In this document: in pieces, positions 45,501 to 54,210 of the stretch
Layout of the letters: every line of letters starts with the position of its first letter
How positions within the stretch are numbered: the first letter of the stretch is position 1
DNA from: a virus
Reading direction: 5' to 3' (one strand)
Virus record (IMG/VR): IMGVR_UViG_3300025834_000005
DNA length: 64,000 bases
Position numbers and translations under genes: made by a program
The notes under the pieces: generated by a model
The model's input: only the letters and a program-made list of their open reading frames with translations
Told to the model about the DNA's origin: nothing
The model's database searches: none

Positions 45501-47645
45501 GATCGTGAGTACTTCTTAAATTTTGATGAAATAACATTTAAAATGACAGACTTTAGCACCGATCAGCCAGCATATAAGTCTATATCATCGTTACAGAGTG
45601 GCACATCAGCACAATTTGTCAATTCATTTTTTAAAACATTTTTTATAAAAATGGCTGATATTCTTGTCTCAAGAAAAAAGGAGATTGTATCAGAGGATGC
45701 ACAATTTAAAAGCATGGCTAATGATTCGGATATTGTTAACCAAATGTATTACTCATTCAAGAATATTAACGATAAATGGATTTCGGGCTTACCAGCTAAG
45801 ATTGACGGCGGATATCCTTTTAATTTTAAAAGCGGTAAGCTTATCGATATGTTTGCATTTGTAGATAGAAATATGAGTCCTATCGGCGACACTATTATAA
45901 ACCCACAGGTTTTAGTAGACTTATTCGATAATGACGAGACTACGATATTTACAGTGTTGAGCACATTGCTATCCGTAAACGGCTTTGAGTTCTTTCCTTT
46001 ACAGAATTTTATGGTTGCAAATGATAAAACGAATTGGGAAGATTGTTTTAAAATTAGTAATACAACCATACAACCATCAAGTCCTACATATATTTGTATG
46101 TATGTAGGTGGATCGTCAAATTATTTAACCAACAATAGAAATTATGCTAATGACGGTATTGACGATATGGAAAAGGATTTCTATCCTTCAAGTAATTTAA
46201 ATTTAAATTCATATCCTAACAGTGATATGATGAATAATAATAAATCTATAAACTGGAATAATGTAAACGGATTTAAAGTTAGATTCGGCGCACAGAACCA
46301 GAGTATGTTTAAAGATATTAAGATTGATAGCAAAGAATTTCCTGAAACAAATGAGTCTTTGCAAATTTTAGCTAAACTTGCTGGGGATAATACAAAGATA
46401 GCACCAGTACCAAAAAGTCAAAGTCTTTATAACCTTTATGAAAATCGTGCCTATAAAGCAACGGTGTCTGGTTTGGGCAATGTTATGATTCAACCTACAC
46501 AGTATTTTCAGCTTGAAAATGTTCCAATGTATAATGGCGTTTATTTAATACTTGGCGTTGAGCATAATATAACTGAAAATAGTATGACAACCGAATTCAA
46601 TGGAACTAAGATATTGAAATACCCGATTCCAAGGGTAACTCAATCATCAACAGCTTTCGGATATGGCGGCGGAGACTCTGAAGAAACAGCCGTAGGTTTG
46701 GGTAAAGATAATGTTGGTGGAAATGGTACGCCTCCAGCGAATAGCAGCGATTTGCTATCAGGTGAAAAAAGTAATTATCAATCATTGTATACATTTAAAA
46801 TCGGCAATGGGTTTGTGCCTTTAATGCCCAAAGGCGAAGCATATATACGAAGCATATGTTCACAGCATGGTAACTCGTCATTTACTGGTAAGGGCAACCC
46901 TTTATATGTTGGTGATCCTCATCCTAATGTGACATGGGTTGCTAACCCCACATATACGAAAAGGACTTATGATGTCAGTGGTAATGTTGAATTATCATCA
47001 TCTGTTATAAATATGACAACTGGTAATATAGCTGACGCATTGATCTCAATGTATAATTATTACGCCAAACAATACAGTCTCGATGCTAATGTTATAGCCG
47101 CTCAACAATTTCGTGAATCGGCATATAAGCTGTGGGTTTATAATACTTATGAGGGTAATTTAAATGCTATGGGTTTACCTCAATTCTTGAGGGGAACTGT
47201 TACAGAGATGATTATTAATAATTCATATAATGTTTATCCTAAATTTACTAATGCAGAGATTGCAAAAATAACAAATGGCTTATCAAATCCTCATAATTTA
47301 TATGCTGTTGATGAGGATAAACGAGTTATTTTACAAAATGTGATGGATAATCCAGAGATCATGATAAAAGCGCAGTGTCGTTACATGAAAGCTATTTCCG
47401 AAAAATGTAATAACGTTACAGCTTCAACAATATTCTCGTATTATTTAGGGCCTGCTGTCTCTGCACCGACATATGCTGATACCACAAGAAAAGCACAATC
47501 AGTAGCTTCTGTTAATAAGGATAATATTCCTAAAGCTATTTCATATGTTGCATCGATATTCAGGGATTTGAATAAAAATTTCTTTGAACCTAATGTCTTA
47601 AAATTGAATGAGATTGCCGACGCACATCAATCCAATCAGGCATAA
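42528..47645 (+). CDS. Giant (1705 aa) virion-associated protein with a C-terminal lytic-transglycosylase-like domain
   Basis: Single uninterrupted ORF. The C-terminal AAQQFRESAYK....NAMGLPQF....FSYYLGP resembles the SLT motifs E-S / G-L-x-Q / A-Y-N-x-G. The N-terminal 1400 aa is unassigned. Confidence 0.6.
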   Translation: MAVNLIDPNAVNNSNTINGSPVYEDMHIFAKLTAVGRDRTIITINGNSESIVTEHGKTEGVNFLGANSEYNFTTDWYDGSTVNNNQEAFGITSIKTVINSSFIPQVNIKFVDVRGLSFFNNDDSPYRMMFDFPPPIFNLTIKGYYGKALTYQLHLVKYTSEFQSDSGNFVIDADFVALTYAPLSDVLLQYTAHFPMMNPDAVLTGDVNKEPINTLDLIVKTRRLYTKLPEKIKNSVENINFTEASRRIDICYEANEFLSNYVIDDVLTGVGSPKLYTYKESNPTSTIKTLVPINKISNFNRYSTVDNHFLIGYETGSSGGTTNFNIPNYQDFKNNTYAMKNALLVYGNKLANVVDLSGASKDINLVGMPVVLQAQSIEYPNTPKVVEFACLDITKAYKQLTNNFTVNRNKKELAKTALNKSINNIVYSFLGMEPTIYNVFKIILNDVDVFFNEIRKTAYNAQGIYSGADAVSLMGDNAGISKREKSGKIIFPFPQIIKNNERATPQMYEGSSSIEFPELDLIDRYISTYLKVTKQMKKMVSKENLSEDGNNTWIPFTSADSSLPANSSSENPYASSSIDVLFSTLLKRYYILSQNVLKNEMLNDPKYVDLYAKSEAINACDAITDALFTSQMQTASDNYSVNINNFFDKISKNAELNSLFTLTQNYAGLDDIEFNGHHFVTSRMKDTVYDGFEIIESNASLEPRKETANGVDPITLFIKDAETHIWERIWKKKSNTESGKYIYTVDNLLLVKDTNGDSEDETKFIKSSSSDIEFLTIEDDTLNMNLVDDLLINGNILYGDSQISKSKAESLNIHTDFYRTWSNILSLKGDIIVSNVNISDDVKALMYLSNFGNTCGMFNKYRNYLNDYVFSRTSIIEMPKFVSAYIGAILTISKSQTLIDELKSLYADQTMAGNLIFADIHDCVAYLNTTSKSKFETKYTNFKTSDFGKLNTDIMQIVSNIQTQNIDNTYDLNDAYYRKMTSDKNKFACLMDREYFLNFDEITFKMTDFSTDQPAYKSISSLQSGTSAQFVNSFFKTFFIKMADILVSRKKEIVSEDAQFKSMANDSDIVNQMYYSFKNINDKWISGLPAKIDGGYPFNFKSGKLIDMFAFVDRNMSPIGDTIINPQVLVDLFDNDETTIFTVLSTLLSVNGFEFFPLQNFMVANDKTNWEDCFKISNTTIQPSSPTYICMYVGGSSNYLTNNRNYANDGIDDMEKDFYPSSNLNLNSYPNSDMMNNNKSINWNNVNGFKVRFGAQNQSMFKDIKIDSKEFPETNESLQILAKLAGDNTKIAPVPKSQSLYNLYENRAYKATVSGLGNVMIQPTQYFQLENVPMYNGVYLILGVEHNITENSMTTEFNGTKILKYPIPRVTQSSTAFGYGGGDSEETAVGLGKDNVGGNGTPPANSSDLLSGEKSNYQSLYTFKIGNGFVPLMPKGEAYIRSICSQHGNSSFTGKGNPLYVGDPHPNVTWVANPTYTKRTYDVSGNVELSSSVINMTTGNIADALISMYNYYAKQYSLDANVIAAQQFRESAYKLWVYNTYEGNLNAMGLPQFLRGTVTEMIINNSYNVYPKFTNAEIAKITNGLSNPHNLYAVDEDKRVILQNVMDNPEIMIKAQCRYMKAISEKCNNVTASTIFSYYLGPAVSAPTYADTTRKAQSVASVNKDNIPKAISYVASIFRDLNKNFFEPNVLKLNEIADAHQSNQA

Positions 47646-47675
47646 AAAAAGCCTCTGAAAATTCAGAGGCTTTTT
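47646..47675. terminator. Bidirectional intrinsic terminator
   Basis: aaaaagcctctgaa-aa-ttcagaggcttttt between the 1705-aa gene (+) and 47678..48436 (-). Confidence 0.8.
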
Positions 47676-47677
47676 CT

Positions 47678-48436
47678 TTATAATATTCCCATTCGGAGTT
47701 CGTATAATTTCAATATATCGTCGTTAAAAGTTTCTTCTTTATATTTCATTTCATTTATTCGATTAATTGTTTTTGCAATCTTATCACTGTTCTCGTTTTC
47801 TCCAATAGATTTTAACAATAATGTGTTTTCAGCTATTAATTCATTGAATAATTCTTTCTTATCGTTACAGTTTATTACTTTTTTTATGAATTCTAATTCA
47901 GATTCGTTTAATTCAGAGTATTTTTCATTAAATTTACTCATTGCAATTTCAATCACTTCGTCACTGTATATTTCCTCTTCAATTTTGCTTTCAGTTATCT
48001 TTTCTTTTTTTATGTGATCAATAACAAAGTCAAGTGATTCATGTATTATGTTCACGTCAACATCGGTACTAATTTTTAAAGACTCTTGTATTAAATTACC
48101 TATAGATTCGAAAAGTTGTAGTCGATACTTATCAACCTTTTTTATTTCATCTTTTTTTATGAATTTTTTTAGTTTTAAATGTTCGTCATTTAATTCTTGT
48201 GTTGTATATGTTTCGAACAATTTTATGTTATTGTCAACATATCTCATTGCTTTAATGTCGTCTGATATTGTTTTATTCTCAATATTATCAAATACATTAA
48301 ATTCAAGTTGGAGCAACTCAGAGTCTTTTAATATATCATAAATCTCCGAGACCATCCCAACGCCCTCATTAAGGTTGTTTTCGATAATCTTATTTGATAT
48401 TACTAAATTAGCAATGCCGATATTAATATTATTCAT
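47678..48436 (-). CDS. Acidic hypothetical protein (252 aa), possibly a prohead core component
   Basis: ORF downstream of the portal gene with its own late-type motif. E/D/K-rich and helical. Confidence 0.5.
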   Translation of the reverse strand: MNNINIGIANLVISNKIIENNLNEGVGMVSEIYDILKDSELLQLEFNVFDNIENKTISDDIKAMRYVDNNIKLFETYTTQELNDEHLKLKKFIKKDEIKKVDKYRLQLFESIGNLIQESLKISTDVDVNIIHESLDFVIDHIKKEKITESKIEEEIYSDEVIEIAMSKFNEKYSELNESELEFIKKVINCNDKKELFNELIAENTLLLKSIGENENSDKIAKTINRINEMKYKEETFNDDILKLYELRMGIL

Positions 48437-48455
48437 ATTTAGATATTTAATTTCT

Positions 48456-48465
48456 TAATAAATAC
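48456..48465 (-). promoter_or_regulatory. Late-promoter-like motif, variant GTATTTATTA
   Basis: AAGTATTTATTAAG, 19 nt before the ATG of 47678..48436. Confidence 0.4.
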
Positions 48466-48516
48466 TTCAATTAAATCATTTGTTAAAATTATTTATCATT
48501 TATTATAACTTTGCTT

Positions 48517-50454
48517 TTATTTCCCTTCTCGCAAGTCTATATCTTTTATAAAATCGTTCACATCTCCAAGGTCACCGCTAATTAACTCATCAATCTCGTT
48601 GATCATATTGGTGGCTGTTTTGTTCGATTTATCCAATTCACTCTCAAAAATTACCTGAGCATCTGATTTTTTTACAATCTCATGTCCATAAACTAATTTT
48701 TCAAGATTTGTGTTAAATTCCGCTTCTGTCATTACTTTTCTCCTGTTAACGGATTCAGCTTCGATTGGTGGCAAGTCTGATGGCGATTGATTTGGTAATC
48801 CAGAACCTCCGAGATCAGCCATATTGATAGGTGGCATATCGCCGCCAACACCTCCACCAGCAGGTGGTGGCATTCCGCCTTCACCTCCACCATCAGGTGG
48901 TGCTGTTGTACCGCTTGCAGCAGCCATAGCTGTTGGGTCGCCATATCTCTTATCAATATCAGCGAATAATCCCGACTTCTTAATTGCGACAGGCGCATCA
49001 GCAAATTCTTGCATAATAACTTTCTCCATTTTCTGTTGTTTCAAGTCCTCAACGATTTCTCTGTCAGTCATATTAAACAACATTCTTTTTGCACCTGTAT
49101 GAGACATTGCAGCGATTCCGCCTTCTGATCTTGTAAGTTCAGTATATGTTTGAGATTTCTCTCTCATTAATTCAGATTTCTGAATATCGAGTTGTGTTGA
49201 TGGATTTGTTAATGTTAAAGTAAAATCATTAAAGTCTTCTGTACTGTAACCTAATAAGTATAAATGAATCATACCCATTTTTGTTAGCTCTTGTACCATA
49301 GCCTGTTGAATTCTATTTACCTTCTTAGCAAATCTAATATCAAATTGCGAGACGTTTTTACCACCACCGCTGGCATCTTGAAATGACAAAAATGGCTTAG
49401 GAATACCCAATCCCATGAATAAATTATCTCTCAAATATTCGATATCATGTATATCATTAAGATTAGTAGCACCTGGCAATGTTTCGATACCTGTCTGAGT
49501 ATTAGCGTTTCTAACAGGTAAAAAGTAATCTTCATCATTACCTAATATGTTAAATCGATAATCAATCTGACCATCATTAGGTGATACTTGCTGAACCTTT
49601 TTAAATTTAGTTGCTACCTTGTACATGTATTCTTCAATATCATCGTCATCGATGTTACCAACGTCTATTTTAAATACCTTTTTCTCGCCAGCACGAATAA
49701 TCCTATATGTTAGCATGGCATCCTCTGCCATTATAAGCTGTCTAAAAACTCTTCTTACTTTGTTTAGTAGCGATGATCCGTATGGAATGTATTTGTCATC
49801 GCCAAGCAATCTAAAGTGAGCTATTTCAAAGGCATTGAATTCATCACCAGTCATTCTTTCTTTGAAAAGAATGCTTGACTTACCGTTTATGATTCTTTCC
49901 GATCTTTCAATCTCAAAATTAACCATTTGCTTAATAGCTGTGATACCCTTTTTTCTTTCACCGAGCATTAATACGAAATTATCGCCGTATTTGCATGTGT
50001 TTCTTGTCCAGAAGGGTAAATTTGTGTTTACATTTAAGATATTATAGTAAAAATCCTCTAAAAGATATTTAATACGATCTTTATTCGAATAAATACTCAA
50101 CATTTTACCGTCTAAGCCTATTGTGGTGGCTTCTTCCATGAATAAGTCCAAAGCACTTGAAATAATTGGGTAGTATTCCATACCCTCATAATCCATGTAA
50201 GCAGGTAGTCTGGCAGATTCGTATTGTAATGCTTTCTGGTAATTCCTATCAGTTGTTTTTGTGAATTTATTTATAAGGCTTCTTTTCTGTTCAAGTTCAA
50301 GTCCTTTTCTATGAACCTCTTCAGGCGAATTACCTTTAATAATTACCTTATTATTTTTTACCTCATTATCAATGCCACCTGTTGTAGTTCCGAAGCCATC
50401 GAAATTAAATATTCCGTTTAGCTTTTGATATACTGTTCCTTTATCTTTATCCAT
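48517..50454 (-). CDS. Portal protein (T4 gp20-like)
   Basis: LPAYMDYEGMEYYPIISSALDLFMEEATT and overall size. Located downstream of terL. Low-complexity G/M/P-rich segment near the C-terminus. Confidence 0.8.
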   Translation of the reverse strand: MDKDKGTVYQKLNGIFNFDGFGTTTGGIDNEVKNNKVIIKGNSPEEVHRKGLELEQKRSLINKFTKTTDRNYQKALQYESARLPAYMDYEGMEYYPIISSALDLFMEEATTIGLDGKMLSIYSNKDRIKYLLEDFYYNILNVNTNLPFWTRNTCKYGDNFVLMLGERKKGITAIKQMVNFEIERSERIINGKSSILFKERMTGDEFNAFEIAHFRLLGDDKYIPYGSSLLNKVRRVFRQLIMAEDAMLTYRIIRAGEKKVFKIDVGNIDDDDIEEYMYKVATKFKKVQQVSPNDGQIDYRFNILGNDEDYFLPVRNANTQTGIETLPGATNLNDIHDIEYLRDNLFMGLGIPKPFLSFQDASGGGKNVSQFDIRFAKKVNRIQQAMVQELTKMGMIHLYLLGYSTEDFNDFTLTLTNPSTQLDIQKSELMREKSQTYTELTRSEGGIAAMSHTGAKRMLFNMTDREIVEDLKQQKMEKVIMQEFADAPVAIKKSGLFADIDKRYGDPTAMAAASGTTAPPDGGGEGGMPPPAGGGVGGDMPPINMADLGGSGLPNQSPSDLPPIEAESVNRRKVMTEAEFNTNLEKLVYGHEIVKKSDAQVIFESELDKSNKTATNMINEIDELISGDLGDVNDFIKDIDLREGK

Positions 50455-50475
50455 TTTATAAAATATTATAATTTT

Positions 50476-50485
50476 CTATAAATAC
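50476..50485 (-). promoter_or_regulatory. Late-promoter-like motif GTATTTATAG
   Basis: 21 nt before the portal ATG. Confidence 0.45.
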
Positions 50486-50510
50486 TATTTTTTTCTGCAA
50501 AAGTTCTATA

Positions 50511-50520
50511 ATATAAATAG
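50511..50520 (-). promoter_or_regulatory. Late-promoter-like motif CTATTTATAT (second copy upstream of portal)
   Basis: 56 nt before the portal ATG and 10 nt after the terL stop. Confidence 0.4.
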
Positions 50521-50529
50521 TATTTCGTT

Positions 50530-51822
50530 TTATTTTTGCCTCATACCACTAAATAACCATGAATTTGCGATATAAGGATTCAATGGTGAAGAGCTATTCG
50601 GCGAAATTTTTGGCACAGGCTTTTCACCCCTTTTCTCACCTATGGCTTTTATATCATTTGCTGATAATATGGATTTAAGCATACTTTCAGTTGTGCTGTT
50701 AGATTGTTTAAATCTTGCCATATCGAAATTAATAACAAATAAGCCAATGGCTAATCCCATAATAGAATCATCATGGAATGACCTCTTATGGTCAGCAACA
50801 CGATTACCAGCAACTGTTACGAATGTCTTCAACTCTGTTAATAATCTCAATGATCTTATAATAATATCTTCTAAATGTATTGATCTCTGTAACTCTAATA
50901 CCACTGATGCTCTGTTGTTTCCAATGAAAAAACCTGGAATTAAGTCAACATAAGATACTGCACCGTCAGACATTGTTTTCTGACCTTTTTTGATATAGCC
51001 AGCTAAACGATCTCTCGATGGTTTATGTGATACTTCAGCATAATGAACATTATCATAACCGATTTCAAGAAGTTTCTCAACAGCTTGTACACCGTATCCA
51101 CCAGTGATATCCACAACAGCATAAGCATTATTATAGGCTTTGCCATATTGATACACAATTTCAGCTAAACCTTGAGGTACAATCTTACCATAATATTCAG
51201 CGACTTGTTCTATTTTGAATTTTTTTAGCTTAACCTCTTTCTCTCTACCGTTCTTTACAATTATCTTTTTTTCTATATACTCCTTGCGTTTGAGGATGTT
51301 AACGGTTGAATTATCTTCTCCGTGACCTGGTGATGCATCGACAGCTATAACATATTGTTCTTCTGGAATAGGGTCTTCGAATATCCACATATTCTTATCC
51401 ACATATTCTTGACGGATAGGCGTTCTGATTTCATTATCTTGGATTCTTTTTAGATATTCTTCATCAATAAAGTTATCTCCTGATCCTAAAAATGAACAGT
51501 TATGATTTGAAAAGCCATTTGCAAAATAATCACAGTCCTTTGAATCTATTATATCAAAGAAATCGCAACCATCGATAATTTCAACAGATTTAACAAAATA
51601 ATCGCCATCTATAGTTGATACGTATGAAATATTTGGAACCAATGATTTAACATACATGTTTTTTCCATTGGCTAAAAATATATGATCGTCGCTCACCGTG
51701 ATCGTCATCTCATTTTCCAACGTGACTTTATACCCTATGTTTTTATGAGACTTACTAATCCCAGCGAAATCAACGAAGTCACCAGATGAGTTTAATATTT
51801 CATATTCTAAATTTATCAGCAT
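50530..51822 (-). CDS. terL: Terminase large subunit, C-terminal half: intein C-fragment (108 aa) + nuclease domain
   Basis: Starts with the Hint block B MTITVSDDHIFL and ends the intein at DYFANGFSNHN|CSFLGSG. The extein then carries VIAVDASPGHGED, VVDITGGYG and HDDS, RNaseH-like terminase nuclease motifs. Confidence 0.8.
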   Translation of the reverse strand: MLINLEYEILNSSGDFVDFAGISKSHKNIGYKVTLENEMTITVSDDHIFLANGKNMYVKSLVPNISYVSTIDGDYFVKSVEIIDGCDFFDIIDSKDCDYFANGFSNHNCSFLGSGDNFIDEEYLKRIQDNEIRTPIRQEYVDKNMWIFEDPIPEEQYVIAVDASPGHGEDNSTVNILKRKEYIEKKIIVKNGREKEVKLKKFKIEQVAEYYGKIVPQGLAEIVYQYGKAYNNAYAVVDITGGYGVQAVEKLLEIGYDNVHYAEVSHKPSRDRLAGYIKKGQKTMSDGAVSYVDLIPGFFIGNNRASVVLELQRSIHLEDIIIRSLRLLTELKTFVTVAGNRVADHKRSFHDDSIMGLAIGLFVINFDMARFKQSNSTTESMLKSILSANDIKAIGEKRGEKPVPKISPNSSSPLNPYIANSWLFSGMRQK

Positions 51823-53105
51823 TTTATAAAGTTAATACATTCGTTGATTATCTCAACTGGTTTTTTATTTCTATTATATTCATCTGACGTTACTATCATT
51901 ATTTCATAGCCCATATCCTTCAATATGTCATATCTAATTTTATCCTTTTTTGAGTTATGCCAATAGTTTCCATTATATTCTATGATCTTGTTTTTGTGCT
52001 TAAAATCCAACATCATAATAATATTCTCATGATTATAAATTTCAGGAATTCTAAGTACGTATTCCTTATTTAAATCGTGAAAATATGTATCGTCTTTATT
52101 GTCCATCAAGTTATAAACGTTAAAAAAAAGTTCTTGAGATATTTTACTAAATCTGTTTGCTTTTAATAGCGACAGGGTTTCCATTTTATTGTTAACATAG
52201 TTTTTATATTTTTCTTCGCCGCTATTTCCATATTTTTTTTCAAACCATTTCAAACTATTAGTGCTATTCTCATGTACATTAGCCTTTCTATTTTTATGAT
52301 ATTGTTCCCAATCAGTACCATAAGTCGATTTAAACCATTCAGTGGATGGGTATTTTGGTTCGCATTTGGCGCAAATTATATTAAACACGCCATTAACGAA
52401 TTTCCAATGCTTTAGGTTTTTATGAATATCGCAATATGTATTAATTTTATTAACTAAAATATATAGCCTATGTGAAAACTTATTTAAGTTTTTATTAAGA
52501 TTATCCATGTGTGACGTGTGATAATAAAGACTTGCAAAGAGTTTAGTATCAGCTGCTATTAATTTTCTGTTTCCAGATTTTCCGAGATACTTGTAATAAT
52601 CATTTTGTAATAATTCAATAGTTTCATCCTTGGTATAGAATTCTTTAATAATATTTATTTTATTTGCTGTTAATTCCCATGATTTTTTTGCTGAGTTTTT
52701 TGCCTTCTCAATAAAATCGCCAGATATTCTATCATATACTAATATTTTACCATCCTTCGTTATTTTATCTATTTCGCCATTATATTTTTTTAGATATAAT
52801 AATTTAGGATATAATGATCTATTCATTGAGCATGTTTGTATTTCCTTTGTATGAATATCGATATCCTTTAGGAGATTCGGGAAATCTTTATTAAACATTC
52901 GGCTTCCACCCTGAATTTTATATTTTTCAATATATATAGTAATTATTTTATTAATTAATTTTTTTCGCATCTGATCATTTAGATATAAATACGTAGACGA
53001 ATTGTTTTGTTCTTTTAATTTATCATATAAATCCTCAATTCTAATTTTTTCGATTATGCCTGTTTGTTTATTTCTTATTGTTAGCAAAGCCTCGCCAAAA
53101 ACGCA
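51499..53105 (-). mobile_element. Intein-type intervening element in terL (Cys1 codon 53103-53105 to the Asn before Cys+1 at 51496-51498), split across two ORFs and carrying an endonuclease-like domain
   Basis: Boundaries are from my translation: TGC at 53103-53105 begins CVFGE. HN is followed by TGT at 51496-51498. The joined exteins read ...KKIAQEIL-CSFLGSGDNFIDEEY. Confidence 0.7.
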
Positions 53106-54200
53106 TAGGATTTCCTGTGCGATTTTTTTCATATCGCCGTTGGCATCACGAACCTGTTCTTCGAACCAAGGTGATGAGGCTTCCCAGCCATCATCCATCA
53201 TTTTTATTCTCTGAGCATCTTCCCAACCCTCATCAACTATCTTAATTTCGGTGTCTTTCCCTTTATTTTTAAGCCATACGAGTCCTTTATTGTATCTTGG
53301 GTCGTTATACCACCACAACTCAATAGCACAGAAGTTATTCTTACCTTCCTTTCGTCTTGCACCTTCGAAATTCTTATAAAAAACAGGGTCTAATCCTGAT
53401 GGGGTGCTAACCATAATAGCTCTACCCCCTGTACTTAATGCAGGCTTTGCAGCTGTCCAAAACTTATCTGATTTTTCAGTCCAAGCAGTTTCATCCCAGA
53501 ATAATAACGTTGGCGTAGTACCACGAAGTCCACTCTTTGCTGAGAATGCACCCAAGGCTGAATTATTATCATAACGTTTTAATTTCTGAGTATCTTTATA
53601 ACTTTTATCAGTCCCAGCACCTTTACCTGTTTTTGGCTTAAGCCAATCAGGACAGCCCTCAATAAATTCTACAACATCATTCATCAACTCATCACGAGCT
53701 GTTTCAAGTTTATCTGCGACAATGGCAGCGGTTCTGTTACTATTAAACATAACATACCATGCGATATACGCACACGTAGCCGTTGAAATACCAGCCTGTC
53801 TATATTTATTAGCAATGTTAAATCTCTCATCGAGATATGATTGTATTAATCTTTTTTGGAATACGAATAATTTAAATGGCACAATTCGTCCAGCCACACC
53901 CTGCGTCTGGTCAAATATTGTTAAATAAGTTTCGATAAAATACATTGGACTTGATACACATCTGATAATCTCACATTCCTGTTCAGACATGTTTAATTCA
54001 CTTGCTTTTTTTATCGATCCATTTGCAGTGATTATAATGGGTTCTACTTTTCCAGAAGATTTACGTAAGTCTTTAGCCAGCTTTCTCTGTTCCTCTTTCT
54101 TTTGTAAGTCGGAAGCACTGAATGCTGCTACTGCTGGTATATGTTCGGGGAATTGATTGTCATCAATTTCTGACGAATCTTCTGATTTTTTTACTGCCAT
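51816..54200 (-). CDS. terL: Terminase large subunit, N-terminal ATPase half (365 aa), fused to an intein N-fragment and a Vsr/PD-(D/E)XK-like endonuclease region
   Basis: KYRQAGISTA (Walker A-like), LLFWDETAW (Walker B), MVSTPSG. Then ...AQEIL|CVFGEALLTIRNKQTGIIEKIRIEDLYDKL (Hint block A). The ORF ends MMLDFKHKNKIIEYNGNYWHNSKKDKIRYDILKDMGYEIMIVTSDEY. Confidence 0.8.
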   Translation of the reverse strand: MAVKKSEDSSEIDDNQFPEHIPAVAAFSASDLQKKEEQRKLAKDLRKSSGKVEPIIITANGSIKKASELNMSEQECEIIRCVSSPMYFIETYLTIFDQTQGVAGRIVPFKLFVFQKRLIQSYLDERFNIANKYRQAGISTATCAYIAWYVMFNSNRTAAIVADKLETARDELMNDVVEFIEGCPDWLKPKTGKGAGTDKSYKDTQKLKRYDNNSALGAFSAKSGLRGTTPTLLFWDETAWTEKSDKFWTAAKPALSTGGRAIMVSTPSGLDPVFYKNFEGARRKEGKNNFCAIELWWYNDPRYNKGLVWLKNKGKDTEIKIVDEGWEDAQRIKMMDDGWEASSPWFEEQVRDANGDMKKIAQEILCVFGEALLTIRNKQTGIIEKIRIEDLYDKLKEQNNSSTYLYLNDQMRKKLINKIITIYIEKYKIQGGSRMFNKDFPNLLKDIDIHTKEIQTCSMNRSLYPKLLYLKKYNGEIDKITKDGKILVYDRISGDFIEKAKNSAKKSWELTANKINIIKEFYTKDETIELLQNDYYKYLGKSGNRKLIAADTKLFASLYYHTSHMDNLNKNLNKFSHRLYILVNKINTYCDIHKNLKHWKFVNGVFNIICAKCEPKYPSTEWFKSTYGTDWEQYHKNRKANVHENSTNSLKWFEKKYGNSGEEKYKNYVNNKMETLSLLKANRFSKISQELFFNVYNLMDNKDDTYFHDLNKEYVLRIPEIYNHENIIMMLDFKHKNKIIEYNGNYWHNSKKDKIRYDILKDMGYEIMIVTSDEYNRNKKPVEIINECINFIKC

Positions 54201-54210
54201 GTTTTAAATA

